Virus record (IMG/VR): IMGVR_UViG_3300025598_000023
Coordinates: 47,325-111,324 of that record
DNA: 64,000 nt
Strand: one strand, 5' to 3'
From: a virus
A model generated the notes under the pieces. That model worked only from the letters and a program-made list of their open reading frames with translations, had not been told where the DNA came from and ran no database searches. The position numbers and the translations under genes are program-made. Below are positions 10,652-21,287 of the stretch, one piece after another (the first letter of the stretch is position 1; each line of letters starts with the position of its first letter).

Positions 10652-11046
10652 TGTCTACATTAGCAATTGCAAATTATACAGAAGATTCTTATGATACAAA
10701 TTTACTTGTTGTAATTGATGGTGACAAAAGTGGTGTTGCACTTGCAACACAATCACACGACCCACGTGTTTTGGGTGTAACTACTGATTTAACAAATGCT
10801 GAATTAGTTTTAGGTGAATTTGGTAATGATGGAACATTACCTATGATTGCTGTTGGTGGCAAAGTTCAACTTTATGTTCAAGGACCAGTAAATCGTGGTG
10901 ATTGTATTGTTACAAGCAACCAACCTGGTATTGGTCAAAAACTTGATCCTACAAAGTGGGTACCTGGTTGTATCGTTGGTAAAACACTTGATAATATTGA
11001 TGATTCAAGTGTAAGTTTAGTAACAGTGGTGGTTGGTTTACACTAA
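10651..11046 (+). CDS. Stand-alone fibre chaperone-like domain protein
   Basis: Homologous to the C-terminal domains of the two preceding fibres (VLGVTT...IAVGGKVQLYVQGPVNRGDCIVTS...IVGKTL) but lacks YADLAE. TAATG coupling. Confidence 0.6.
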   Translation: MSTLAIANYTEDSYDTNLLVVIDGDKSGVALATQSHDPRVLGVTTDLTNAELVLGEFGNDGTLPMIAVGGKVQLYVQGPVNRGDCIVTSNQPGIGQKLDPTKWVPGCIVGKTLDNIDDSSVSLVTVVVGLH

Positions 11047-11049
11047 ATA
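11044..11049 (+). promoter_or_regulatory. TAAATA late-promoter-like motif
   Basis: TAAATATACTGT before the ATG at 11068. An identical 12-mer occurs on the - strand before 39803. Confidence 0.5.
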
Positions 11050-11067
11050 TACTGTGGGAAATAGAAT

Positions 11068-11973
11068 ATGACTTATGCTAGTGGTGGTTTAATTCAGGCA
11101 AGTGATTATAATGGTTTTGCAACCAGTGTAAACCAATTATGGGGCACTGGTAGCGGTAGCTATGGTTATGGTCAAAGCACAACTATCTCACAATCACAAA
11201 CTGCTGGCACTGTTGTTCCTGCTTCTGATTGGGCAACACTTATTGCTCGTATGAGCACTATGCAACAACATCAGTATAATAATACGACTGGCATTCCTTC
11301 ACAACCAAGCAGCGGTGGTATTGTAACTTATCTTAGTCAGATTTCTACAGCTATCACGAGTTTGCAAAATAACCGCTTCCAATCATATACATCAACAATA
11401 AGTCCTGTTATAGCAAGCACAACCAATTCATCATCTTGGTATACAAGCAGTGTGAAAACATTTACTATAGCTTTTGGCAGCGATAACCAAGCTCGATATT
11501 TCTTTAATTGTGGTGGATACATTAAAATTGATTCCAGTGGTAATAGTATAACCAGTCCAAACGGTGGAACTGCGTGGAATAGTTTTGTTAATACTGGATT
11601 TAATAATTATTTTCTTTTTGCTACAAGTTCTCAACATAGCGGAACTGTTGGAACTTATACTCGTAGCACTTATTTAAGTGCAAGCGGGTTTTATAATTTA
11701 ACAAGCACACCTACATCATTTTTGACAATGACGGAAACTGGAACTGGTAACACAAACTACAACGCTAACTCTATTGATTTAAAATATAGTTATAATGGAA
11801 GTGGAACAATTACTGTAACATTAACACTAACGGATAATGATACAAATCCATTTGGTTACACAAATACTGGTTCAACTAATGCTTTTATTCAATATTGGTA
11901 TCCTGAAACTACGTACATATCTAATACGTGGGGTTCTACTACAACTGTTAATACCGTAAATACCCAAAGTTAA
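11068..11973 (+). CDS. Ser/Thr/Gly-rich virion structural protein
   Basis: 301 aa at the end of the fibre cluster; ARYFFNCGGYIKI motif typical of large-myovirus tail proteins. Confidence 0.55.
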   Translation: MTYASGGLIQASDYNGFATSVNQLWGTGSGSYGYGQSTTISQSQTAGTVVPASDWATLIARMSTMQQHQYNNTTGIPSQPSSGGIVTYLSQISTAITSLQNNRFQSYTSTISPVIASTTNSSSWYTSSVKTFTIAFGSDNQARYFFNCGGYIKIDSSGNSITSPNGGTAWNSFVNTGFNNYFLFATSSQHSGTVGTYTRSTYLSASGFYNLTSTPTSFLTMTETGTGNTNYNANSIDLKYSYNGSGTITVTLTLTDNDTNPFGYTNTGSTNAFIQYWYPETTYISNTWGSTTTVNTVNTQS

Positions 11974-11974
11974 T

Positions 11975-12003
11975 TTGACATTACTATTAACATTTGATAA
12001 AAT
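11975..12003 (+). promoter_or_regulatory. sigma70-type promoter, probably leaderless
   Basis: TTGACA-N17-TAAAAT, then 6 nt to the ATG at 12010 with no SD. Confidence 0.6.
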
Positions 12004-12009
12004 TATCAC

Positions 12010-12330
12010 ATGACTCCAGAAGAACTGCGTGAACGGGCTATTGAAGCCTACAATCGTGATTTAGCAAAACAAAATATTCTAACTGCCATGGAATCACGCA
12101 TGACAGTAAATTATAATGATGGCGTATTCATCGTAACACAAGAACTTATAAGTTTCTTACATGCTTGGCAAGATGAATTGATTTATATGCTTGATGCGTA
12201 TGATGTTCCAATCCAAGTTGATGCCAACTATCTTAAAAAACTTTGCAAGCAACGCTGGCATGAAGTTATGAATGAATTTGCGTTAGAATACGAAGAGTAT
12301 AAAAAGATTCGTAATGCAAAACAACTCTAA
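12010..12330 (+). CDS. Hypothetical protein (possible tail-fibre assembly-like)
   Basis: 106-aa ORF, first gene after the promoter, overlapping the next gene. Confidence 0.5.
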   Translation: MTPEELRERAIEAYNRDLAKQNILTAMESRMTVNYNDGVFIVTQELISFLHAWQDELIYMLDAYDVPIQVDANYLKKLCKQRWHEVMNEFALEYEEYKKIRNAKQL

Positions 12331-13063
12331 AGGTTGTATCATATTTGCATACAACACAGATACTACTGACTATTTTAGTCAAGCAGTAGCGGCTGCTGAC
12401 AGGGTAGAGCATTATCTTAACATACCTACAACTATTTTTACAAACGAACCAAGAACTTGTAAACACAATGTCATACTTACGGAAACACCAGAAACCAATT
12501 ATAAACTTAAAAAACTTTGGCTCAATCGTAGCCGAACACGTGCTTTTGAACTTTCACCGTATGATAAGACGCTAGTAATTGATAGTGATTACTTTTTATG
12601 CACCGATAATCTAAACTATCACTTGCAAAGTTCTAAACAATTTTTAATAGCAAGTGAAGTTTATGAACCACTTACTGGCAAACGCACAGTCTATAATCTT
12701 GGTAAAACACAAATACCTATGATGTGGGCAACGGTAATGATTTTTGATAAGAGTGATGAAGCACGATGCATATTTGAGTGTGCAAGTTATGCTGAAAAAC
12801 ATTATAATTATTATAGTGATTTCTATGGTTTTAAACGACATCCAATACGCAACGACTATATTTTTACAATAGCCTGTCATCTTATGGGTGGTTATGGCAG
12901 CAAGTCATATGCACTACAAAATTATCCACTTGTAAATTGTTATGATATGGCATATCATAGTTGGGATAATAATAAGTTAGTTTACAAATACGATAGCGGT
13001 AAAGTTTATGGCAATCGGTTACAAAATATGGATTTGCATCTTATGAACAAGGATCAACTATGA
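12314..13063 (+). CDS. GT-A fold nucleotide-diphospho-sugar transferase
   Basis: LSPYDKTLVIDSDY with DxD, WATVMIF and RNDYIFTIA (GT8-like pattern). Confidence 0.65.
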   Translation: MQNNSKGCIIFAYNTDTTDYFSQAVAAADRVEHYLNIPTTIFTNEPRTCKHNVILTETPETNYKLKKLWLNRSRTRAFELSPYDKTLVIDSDYFLCTDNLNYHLQSSKQFLIASEVYEPLTGKRTVYNLGKTQIPMMWATVMIFDKSDEARCIFECASYAEKHYNYYSDFYGFKRHPIRNDYIFTIACHLMGGYGSKSYALQNYPLVNCYDMAYHSWDNNKLVYKYDSGKVYGNRLQNMDLHLMNKDQL

Positions 13064-13905
13064 GTCGAGGATTTTTATGCATTGCACAGAATAGTGGTGA
13101 AACAGATTATTTGCGCATGGCATATCTACAAGCATTAAGTTGCAAGATAACACAATATGCACATCGTAATAGTTTTAGTGTTATTGTTGATCGTGAAACT
13201 GCTGATTGTCTTGAACAAAAACACATTGATGTATTTGATAATATCATTGTTTTAAAAAATGATCTTGCACAAAACAGCAAGGTAAAAATGCAGAATGAAT
13301 GTCAAGTTTTTAAGTATAGTCCTTATAAACAAACAATTAAAACCGAAGCAGATATGCTTTTTACGTCTAATTATGATTTTATTTGGGATCATTGGGCTTT
13401 TGACAAGTTCCACTTTTGCACCCATGTTTATACATATGATGGACATTTAATCAAAGACCGTAGTCAGCGTCAATTGTTTGATGATAGTTTATTGCCTGAT
13501 GTGTATAGTGCTTGGACATACTTTACATATGACTTGGAATGCAAAGAATTTTATGATACAATGCGTTTAATTATAGATGATTGGGATTATTATCGTGACA
13601 GTTATCTTGTAAATTGTCGCTATGATGAACCACGAACCGATGAAGTATATGCGCTGGCTTGTAAAATATTAGATATACCTTATAAAGGAAGCGGTTATGG
13701 TTTCTTACATATGAAACCAAAATTACAAAGACTTGGATTACATCAGTCATGGACTGAACAGTTAGATTTAGATGTCAACGCAGACTTAAATGTAACTATT
13801 GGTGGTTATAGACAAAATAAACCGCTGCATTATGTAGAAAAAACCTTTGTTACAGACGAATTGTTAAGTAGATATGAATATGGATATAAGCGAACAAGAG
13901 ATTAA
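13060..13905 (+). CDS. GT-A fold glycosyltransferase-like protein (paralogue of previous)
   Basis: YSPYKQTIKTEADMLF (ExD), YSAWTYF, TDEVYALA, FLHMKP. ATGA coupling. Confidence 0.6.
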   Translation: MSRGFLCIAQNSGETDYLRMAYLQALSCKITQYAHRNSFSVIVDRETADCLEQKHIDVFDNIIVLKNDLAQNSKVKMQNECQVFKYSPYKQTIKTEADMLFTSNYDFIWDHWAFDKFHFCTHVYTYDGHLIKDRSQRQLFDDSLLPDVYSAWTYFTYDLECKEFYDTMRLIIDDWDYYRDSYLVNCRYDEPRTDEVYALACKILDIPYKGSGYGFLHMKPKLQRLGLHQSWTEQLDLDVNADLNVTIGGYRQNKPLHYVEKTFVTDELLSRYEYGYKRTRD

Positions 13906-14104
13906 AGCGTGGTGGGATGAGTTTGAACGTGAACTTGCTACTATGGTTAAACCAAATGATCCAAATCCACCGCCAAAACCAAGTATGGAACCACCTAGAC
14001 TACCTTCTTGGAAACGTGGCAACACATATTACACATTGGCAAATGACCGCCAGTTTCCTGTAGAACCCGAACACCCTAACGCCGTAGGCTGGAATTATGA
14101 CTGA
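13874..14104 (+). CDS. Small Pro-rich hypothetical protein
   Basis: 76 aa, overlaps both neighbours in operon fashion. Confidence 0.45.
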   Translation: MNMDISEQEIKAWWDEFERELATMVKPNDPNPPPKPSMEPPRLPSWKRGNTYYTLANDRQFPVEPEHPNAVGWNYD

Positions 14105-15035
14105 ATTAATTGATATAAGTGAGTTAGATTGTATTTTTTTGAGTTACAAAGAACCAAATGCTGATAGTAATTGGGCATATTTGCGTTCTTTTGTCCCGTG
14201 GGCTAAACGTGTGCATGGCATAGAAGGCAGTGATGCAGCGCATAAAGCTGCCGCTGCTGTTAGTGAAACCGAACGTTTTATTTTGATTGATGGTGATAAT
14301 CAACCAAATCCAGAGTTTTTTAATCAACAGTTGCGCATTAATCAAACAAATGACCGTTGCGTATTTCGTTGGCGCGCTAGGAATGTAATAAACGGTCTTT
14401 GTTATGGCAACGGTGGGATCAGCAGTTGGACAAAAACTTTTGTAAACAATATGCGAACACATGAAGCCAGTGAAGGCGATGCCGACACTGTTGTAGAATT
14501 TTGCTTTGATGACAACTATTGGGCTATGCATGATGTTTGGAGTACTACTATTCCTAATGGTAGTCCACAACAAGCATGGCAAGCTGGATTCCGCGAAGGA
14601 GTTAAACTTTGTCTTGACCGTGGTCGTCGTCCTACACCAGAAGAATTTGAAAGTGTTACATGGGTAGGCAATAGAACTAATCTTGTTATTTGGTGCACAG
14701 TTGGCGCAGATGTAGATTATGGAAAACATGCCATTCTTGGTGCAAGACAAGGTGCTTATAAAACCATGTTTGATGATAGTTGGGATTATACTGAAGTGCG
14801 TGATTTTAATAAACTTGACAAATTATGGAATAATAGTTTAGAATATAGCGATAAAGAAAGTGAAGGATTTGCTCGTATTTTGCGCAACCGTTTAAACCTT
14901 GATATTGCAACATACAATGCAGAACAAAGCAAATGGTTTAAAAAGCATCAGCGAACATACCAGAATATTGATATTATGTTACCAGAAAGAGACGTAGGAA
15001 ATGTCATCAAAAGCGCAGCTAGACAACTCTGGTGA
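14097..15035 (+). CDS. Phage glycosyltransferase-like protein (GT-A)
   Basis: CIFLSYKEPNAD...AKRVHGIEGSDAAH...FILIDGDN (DxD)...YGNGG...AWQAGFREGVKL. Confidence 0.6.
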   Translation: MTELIDISELDCIFLSYKEPNADSNWAYLRSFVPWAKRVHGIEGSDAAHKAAAAVSETERFILIDGDNQPNPEFFNQQLRINQTNDRCVFRWRARNVINGLCYGNGGISSWTKTFVNNMRTHEASEGDADTVVEFCFDDNYWAMHDVWSTTIPNGSPQQAWQAGFREGVKLCLDRGRRPTPEEFESVTWVGNRTNLVIWCTVGADVDYGKHAILGARQGAYKTMFDDSWDYTEVRDFNKLDKLWNNSLEYSDKESEGFARILRNRLNLDIATYNAEQSKWFKKHQRTYQNIDIMLPERDVGNVIKSAARQLW

Positions 15036-16440
15036 TGTCGCCACAGTAAATGTGGACAACACTCTTAAAAGTGATTTTTTATCTGCTGCTGAAAAGATGC
15101 AGTCAAAACTTGGTCATGCCCTTTGTCTTGCAAAGTGGCAACAAACTAGTTTGCATCTAACAACTGGTCATACAAATAGTTGTTACCATCCACCACTACA
15201 CAGGATTAATGTAGATGATCTCACCGATAACCCCAGTGCGCTACACAACACTGAATACAAAAAAGCGCAAAGACAGCGAATGTTACGTGGCGAACGTCCA
15301 GAAGAGTGCAGTTATTGTTGGCGAGTCGAAGCAACAGGAAACCTTAGTGATAGACACTACCGCAGTGGAGAGCCGTGGGCTGCCGATCATTACGATACAA
15401 TTATTGCTAGCGACCCTAATACTTGGAATGTTAATCCTGCTTATGTAGAAGTTAATTTTAGCAATGTATGTAACTTACAGTGCAGTTATTGCTCGCCACA
15501 ATTTAGCAGTGCGTGGCAAAAGGAAATAAATGAGCACGGTGCTTATCCTACTTCTAACCTTCATAATAGTCCTACTTACTTTGGGGGTGATCGTAAACCT
15601 ATACCGAATCGTGAAGTTAATCCTTATGTTGATGCGTTTTGGAGATGGTGGCCAGAACTCTACCCAAATCTAAAACATTTCCGTATGACAGGTGGTGAAC
15701 CGTTGTTAGATAAAAACACATACCGTGTTTTTGATTATGTGTTAGATAATCCTAAAAAAGATTTGCATCTTAATGTCACTAGTAACTTTAGTCAAGATGA
15801 ATATGTATTTGACAAATATCTAACTTACGTCAAACATATGTGTGGCAATGGTGTATTAGAACACTTTATGCAATTTGTTAGTATTGATGGTTATGGTGAA
15901 CGTGGTGAATATGGTCGTCATGGTTTAGATTTTGAACTCATGAAAAGGAATGTAGAACGGTTTTTGACAGAAGTTCCTAGCCGCAATAGCGTGACATTTA
16001 TTATTACAATGAATGTTTTAAATGTAACAAGCATACGTGAATTGCTGCAATGGATTACTGAATTGCGCAGCAAATACAGCACGACCTATCAACGTATTTG
16101 GTTTGATACACCTATTTTGCGTGAACCAGCTTGGCAATGTATTGATATACTACCTGAAAGTTATGCTTGGTTTTTACAGAACGTTGTTCATTGGATGCAA
16201 CCACAAACTGAAACAGTAGATACTCGATTCAATGGATTTAAAGATTATGAAGTTGTGAAACTACAGCGTGTTGTAGATTGGATGCACGAACATCGTCGTG
16301 AAGATAAAAAAACTATGGCAGACTTTTATCGCTTCTTTAATGAACATGATTCTCGTCGCAAAACTAATTTCTTAAAAATCTTTCCAGAAATGAGTGATTG
16401 GTATAACACTTGTAAATATTGGGCTGATAGCAATGTATAA
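15001..16440 (+). CDS. Radical SAM protein with N-terminal twitch/SPASM-like domain
   Basis: CNLQCSYC and TGGEP; N-terminal CLAKW..SCYHP..ECSYCW. Confidence 0.85.
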   Translation: MSSKAQLDNSGDVATVNVDNTLKSDFLSAAEKMQSKLGHALCLAKWQQTSLHLTTGHTNSCYHPPLHRINVDDLTDNPSALHNTEYKKAQRQRMLRGERPEECSYCWRVEATGNLSDRHYRSGEPWAADHYDTIIASDPNTWNVNPAYVEVNFSNVCNLQCSYCSPQFSSAWQKEINEHGAYPTSNLHNSPTYFGGDRKPIPNREVNPYVDAFWRWWPELYPNLKHFRMTGGEPLLDKNTYRVFDYVLDNPKKDLHLNVTSNFSQDEYVFDKYLTYVKHMCGNGVLEHFMQFVSIDGYGERGEYGRHGLDFELMKRNVERFLTEVPSRNSVTFIITMNVLNVTSIRELLQWITELRSKYSTTYQRIWFDTPILREPAWQCIDILPESYAWFLQNVVHWMQPQTETVDTRFNGFKDYEVVKLQRVVDWMHEHRREDKKTMADFYRFFNEHDSRRKTNFLKIFPEMSDWYNTCKYWADSNV

Positions 16441-17461
16441 ATTTCCACTTTGGCATTGGCACATTGAAAATAGTAGTATTTGTAGCTTGCGTTGTCCTCG
16501 CTGCCCTCGCGCAGAAATTCCCGATACACTTGTTCAAACTAGTCTTGGTTTAGATTTTTTTAAGAAGAATTTTAATCCAGAATTTATGCAAGACGTTTGG
16601 CAAATTAGTTTTTGTGGTGATGATGGAGACCCAATTTATGGTAAGGAATTTTTAGAAGTAGTTGAATATTTAAAAACTACAAAACCTAATTTAAGTTTAC
16701 GCATTGTTACTAATGGAAGTTTTAGGAACGAATCTTGGTGGAAAAAACTTTCTCATAACTTGAATCAATATGATGAAATTCATTTTAGTTTGGATGGATG
16801 GGATCAAGAAAGCAACGAAAAATACCGTGTCAATAGTGATTGGGATAGTATAACAACTGCTATAAAAACTGTCAGAGAAAATAGTAATATTATAATGACT
16901 TGGGCTGCAATTGCTTTTAAATTTAATCAGTATGATATTATTACTATGAAAGATTTAGCCGTTAAATGGAATTTTGATATATTTCAACTTACCTACAGCA
17001 CAAAGTTTGGTAGTAAGTATCCTAATTATAATACCGATGGAAAAGACGAGCTTGAACCAAATTCACAATTCATTGCAAAGGGACATAGGTTTAGTCGTGA
17101 AATAACGAATCTCACTGATAGAAAAATACTAGACAATGGTAAAAACCAAATAAATTTAGATTTATATCAAAACATTAATAATGTTAACGATATAATTCCA
17201 CTTTGTAAGATTGGTAATAAAGGTCTTTATATTAGTAGTGAAGGATATTTTTATCCATGTTGTTGGATGGCAAATAGGTATAATCATACACGTTGGCAAG
17301 AGTTTCGTCAGCCACAATATAACTTGAACAAAAGAAACATAAGTGATATATTAGGCGATGAAATGTGGGACAATTTTTTTAATAATTTAAACAATTATGA
17401 TGAATGTAAAAATAAATGCTGTTCACAAAATTTTAATGAGGGATATGCGACATCGTGGTAA
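16433..17461 (+). CDS. Radical SAM protein with C-terminal SPASM/twitch domain
   Basis: CSLRCPRC, GDDGDP, VTNGS, FSLDG; C-terminal PLC...GYFYPCCW...CKNKC. Start moved to the ATG at 16433, overlapping the upstream stop. Confidence 0.85.
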   Translation: MYKFPLWHWHIENSSICSLRCPRCPRAEIPDTLVQTSLGLDFFKKNFNPEFMQDVWQISFCGDDGDPIYGKEFLEVVEYLKTTKPNLSLRIVTNGSFRNESWWKKLSHNLNQYDEIHFSLDGWDQESNEKYRVNSDWDSITTAIKTVRENSNIIMTWAAIAFKFNQYDIITMKDLAVKWNFDIFQLTYSTKFGSKYPNYNTDGKDELEPNSQFIAKGHRFSREITNLTDRKILDNGKNQINLDLYQNINNVNDIIPLCKIGNKGLYISSEGYFYPCCWMANRYNHTRWQEFRQPQYNLNKRNISDILGDEMWDNFFNNLNNYDECKNKCCSQNFNEGYATSW

Positions 17462-18816
17462 GAAGCAAACGTCCAGATGAATCTTTTTTAGAATATAAGC
17501 AGCGTATTCTTGATACTAAAAGTGCATCATTCTGTGGTGCTAAGTGGTATAATGCTACAATTTGGCTAGGTAGTGGGCAAACTACAAGCTGTCATCACCC
17601 ACTGCCGCATCAAGTAAGTGTAGAACAAGTTTTGGCTAACCCTGCTGCATTGCATAATACTCCAGAAAAGAAACAACAACGATTACAAATGCAAAAAGGT
17701 GAGCGTCCAAGTGGTTGCGAATATTGCTGGCGTATTGAAGATTCATCTCCTACTGCCATCAGTGACCGTCCTTATAAAAGCATGCTATATAGTGAAGAAG
17801 AACTAAACACTGCATTTAATACACTGTATAAATTAGATGTTAATCTTCGAACATTGGAGATAGCCTTTGACCGCACTTGTAACTTTGCTTGCAGCTATTG
17901 CAATCCCGCTTTTAGCACTACTTGGGTTAAAGACATTAAAGTTAATGGACCATATACCAATCTGGTTAGTGATGGCCGCAATCATTTTACCCATCTACAT
18001 GATAGTTCTCAGTTATATGGTTTCACTGACACTAATCCATATGTAGAAGCATTTTTTAAGTGGTGGGAAAGTGATCTACATAAGACACTACGTGAATTGC
18101 GTATTACTGGTGGCGAACCACTTATGAGTGGTCATACTTGGAAACTACTTGATTGGTTTAAATTAAATCGTGGCAAAAGTGAAACAAAACTAGCTATCAA
18201 CAGCAATCTTGGCATGGATAATAAAAAGTTAAATGAATTTATTGAAGCTGTTCGTGATATTCCACACGTAGAAGTTTATACAAGCTGCGAGGCATTTGGT
18301 AGTGCAGCAGAATATATTCGTGATGGTTTAGATTATAACCAATGGTTTGATAATCTTGTTGCACTGCATAGCAGCGGTGTAGTTAAACAATTGCATGTTA
18401 TGGCAACTATCAATGGTTTATGTTTGATGTCGCTTCCTAAATTCTTAAAACACATGATGGATTTTAAGATAGGACGAGGAAAAAGTTCTTTAACTTTTAC
18501 GCTCAATATTTTACGTTTTCCTAGTTTCCAAAGTCCAACTGTTATGCCACACAATGTTCGTGAAAATTGTGCAGTTGAATTAGAAAAATTTTTAAATAGT
18601 TACGAACATAGTAATTATTTGCATCAAATGGAAATTGAACATATCAAAAGATTAATTGAATACCTTCGCAAAGTTGAAACACCTCACGAAGGTGCAAGTA
18701 ATAAAAATGTGTTAGAAAAAGATTTTAAAAATTTTTATGAACAATATGATGTTCGTCGTAATAAAAATTTTATAAAAACATTTGCAGAATTGGAAAATTG
18801 GTATAGTGGCTTATAA
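17455..18816 (+). CDS. Radical SAM protein with N-terminal twitch domain (paralogue of 15001)
   Basis: CNFACSYC and TGGEP; N-terminal CGAKW..SCHHP..GCEYCW. Confidence 0.85.
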   Translation: MVRSKRPDESFLEYKQRILDTKSASFCGAKWYNATIWLGSGQTTSCHHPLPHQVSVEQVLANPAALHNTPEKKQQRLQMQKGERPSGCEYCWRIEDSSPTAISDRPYKSMLYSEEELNTAFNTLYKLDVNLRTLEIAFDRTCNFACSYCNPAFSTTWVKDIKVNGPYTNLVSDGRNHFTHLHDSSQLYGFTDTNPYVEAFFKWWESDLHKTLRELRITGGEPLMSGHTWKLLDWFKLNRGKSETKLAINSNLGMDNKKLNEFIEAVRDIPHVEVYTSCEAFGSAAEYIRDGLDYNQWFDNLVALHSSGVVKQLHVMATINGLCLMSLPKFLKHMMDFKIGRGKSSLTFTLNILRFPSFQSPTVMPHNVRENCAVELEKFLNSYEHSNYLHQMEIEHIKRLIEYLRKVETPHEGASNKNVLEKDFKNFYEQYDVRRNKNFIKTFAELENWYSGL

Positions 18817-20095
18817 TTATAACGGTAAAGAACCAATCAAGATTGAAGTTGACCAATTAAGTAATAAGCACAAAGAGCTTATTTTTGAAAATAAAACATT
18901 TTGCATGTATCCGTGGATTCATCTACATGCCTTTCCAACTGGTGAAGCATATCCTTGTTGTAATACAGAGATGAGTGAAACTGTTGGTAATACACGTTAT
19001 GATACTCTTGAAGAAATATGGCATAGCGCACCTATGCGTGATATTCGTAGTAAAATGCTTGCTGGTGAACATGTAAAAGGTTGCAACCGTTGTTATGAAC
19101 AAGAACAAAACGGTTTCTTTAGTATGCGTATGAGTGCCAATAAACATTTTGGGCATCATATTACTTTAACTGACAATCCTACACCACCAATGAAAATGAT
19201 TTATTGGGATATCAGATTTTCTAACTTATGTAACTTAAAATGTCGTAGTTGTGGTCATATCTTTAGTAGTAACTGGTATGATGATCAGGTTAAGTTATTA
19301 GAATTAGAACAAGCTACTGCTGAAAGTTGGAAAACAAGAAATACAAGAATAAATTTTGCTGGAAAAACCGAAGATGATATTTGGGAACAGCTAGAACCAC
19401 AGATTGATAATCTTGAACAAGTATATTTTGCTGGTGGTGAACCACTTATTATGGAAGAACATTATCGTCTTCTCAATGAACTGATTAAACGTGGTCGTAG
19501 TGATGTACGATTAATTTATAATACTAATTTTAGTCAGCTTACTTACAAGAAAACAAATGTGTTAGAATTGTGGCGTGAGTTTAATAGTGTCAGTGTTGGA
19601 GCAAGTCTTGATGCTATGGGTGCTCATGCTGAATATATTCGCAAAGGAACCAAGTGGTCGCAAGTTGAACAAAATCGTGAGCAAATGTTAAAGATTTGTC
19701 CTAATGTAGATTTTTACATAAGTCCTACCCTAAGCATTATGAACGCTCTGCACTTGCCTAAATTTCATCGTGAATGGGTGAATCGTGGCTTTTTAAAACC
19801 ACAGGATTTAAATATTAATATACTACAAGACCCACCACATTATCGTATTGACGCATTGCCATTCCAGTATAAAGTAGATATACAAGAATTATATCTAGAG
19901 CATATTAAATGGTTAAAACCTCAAGATAAATTAACTCGTGCAACAATTGGTTTTGAAAGTGCAATTAACTTTATGATGGCAGATGATAAATCAGATTTGT
20001 TGCCAAAATTTATTCAAAAAACCGCGCAACTAGATAAAATAAGAAATGAAAATATATTAGATGCAATTCCAGAGTTAGGGTATTTGTATGAATAA
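18806..20095 (+). CDS. Radical SAM protein with N-terminal twitch domain
   Basis: CNLKCRSC, AGGEP, YNTN; CMYPW..PCC..CNRC. GTG start at 18806 preferred. Confidence 0.85.
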   Translation: MAYNYNGKEPIKIEVDQLSNKHKELIFENKTFCMYPWIHLHAFPTGEAYPCCNTEMSETVGNTRYDTLEEIWHSAPMRDIRSKMLAGEHVKGCNRCYEQEQNGFFSMRMSANKHFGHHITLTDNPTPPMKMIYWDIRFSNLCNLKCRSCGHIFSSNWYDDQVKLLELEQATAESWKTRNTRINFAGKTEDDIWEQLEPQIDNLEQVYFAGGEPLIMEEHYRLLNELIKRGRSDVRLIYNTNFSQLTYKKTNVLELWREFNSVSVGASLDAMGAHAEYIRKGTKWSQVEQNREQMLKICPNVDFYISPTLSIMNALHLPKFHREWVNRGFLKPQDLNINILQDPPHYRIDALPFQYKVDIQELYLEHIKWLKPQDKLTRATIGFESAINFMMADDKSDLLPKFIQKTAQLDKIRNENILDAIPELGYLYE

Positions 20096-21287
20096 TATTT
20101 GTATATTGCCTTGGATTAGTATAGAAACAACACCACTTGGACAAATGCGAGTTTGTTGTTTAGCAAATGAAAATATTAAAGATACGAATGGCAAAGATTT
20201 GCTCATTGAAAACACAACACTATCATCTGCTTTTGTAAGTGAATATATGAATGATCTTCGTAAGTCTTTTATAAATGGTGAAAAACCATCTGTGTGCAAT
20301 CGTTGTTGGAGCGAAGAAGAAAGTGGACGAACTAGTAAGCGACAAAATAGTTACAATCGTCTTGGTAATCTTGTAAAGCATATTGATTTTAGTAATCCAA
20401 ATAGTGGTGATTTAATATTTCTTGATTTAAAATTAGGAAACATTTGTAATCTTAAATGCAGAATTTGTGGTAGTTTTAGTAGTTCAAAGTGGGCGCAAGA
20501 AGAAATAGAAATTAATAAAGAATATCTTACTGAATATCATAGACCAGCAAAAGAGTTCTTAAGACAAGGACAATGGCCTCGACAAGTTTCTGCTTTTTGG
20601 AATGATTTAGATGTTTTGCTGCCACACATCCGCTATTTGGAATTTACAGGTGGTGAACCATTTTTAATCACCGAACATTTTGACTTTTTGCGTCAAGCTA
20701 TAAATCTTGGTGTTGCAAAAAATATTGAAATTCATTATAACACTAATGGAACACAGTTTCCTGAAGATGCAATAGATATATGGAAACAATTTAAACTTGT
20801 AGAAATCGCACTTAGCATTGATGATATGGGTGCAAGATTTGAATATCAACGTTATGGTGCTAAGTGGGATATTGTTGAAAAAAATTTAAAAAACTTTAGA
20901 GACTTGCGAGATAAAAATAAGAATATTGTGCTACAATTATGTTTAACTGTAAACGCATTAAATTTTTATTATATAGATGAAATATTAAATTGGGTTCCGC
21001 ATCAAATGTTTAATTACCATTATCTTAATGTAGTTCATGATCCACCACATTTTTGTATTAAGAACCTTAATGATGATGCAAAAGAAATGATAACAAGAAA
21101 AATTTCTCAAGCAAATATTCCATCTATATTTGTTGATGAAATTAAAAATTTATTGCAATTTATGAATAGTGGAACTGGCACAGATTGTTCATATCTGATA
21201 CAAGTATTACGTGATAGTGATAAATTTCGCAAACAACATCTTGCAGATCATCATCCAGAGTTGGCGGCAGCGATTGGTTATGAATGA
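20088..21287 (+). CDS. Radical SAM protein with N-terminal twitch domain
   Basis: CNLKCRIC, TGGEP, YNTNG; CILPW..VCC..CNRC. Confidence 0.85.
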   Translation: MNNICILPWISIETTPLGQMRVCCLANENIKDTNGKDLLIENTTLSSAFVSEYMNDLRKSFINGEKPSVCNRCWSEEESGRTSKRQNSYNRLGNLVKHIDFSNPNSGDLIFLDLKLGNICNLKCRICGSFSSSKWAQEEIEINKEYLTEYHRPAKEFLRQGQWPRQVSAFWNDLDVLLPHIRYLEFTGGEPFLITEHFDFLRQAINLGVAKNIEIHYNTNGTQFPEDAIDIWKQFKLVEIALSIDDMGARFEYQRYGAKWDIVEKNLKNFRDLRDKNKNIVLQLCLTVNALNFYYIDEILNWVPHQMFNYHYLNVVHDPPHFCIKNLNDDAKEMITRKISQANIPSIFVDEIKNLLQFMNSGTGTDCSYLIQVLRDSDKFRKQHLADHHPELAAAIGYE

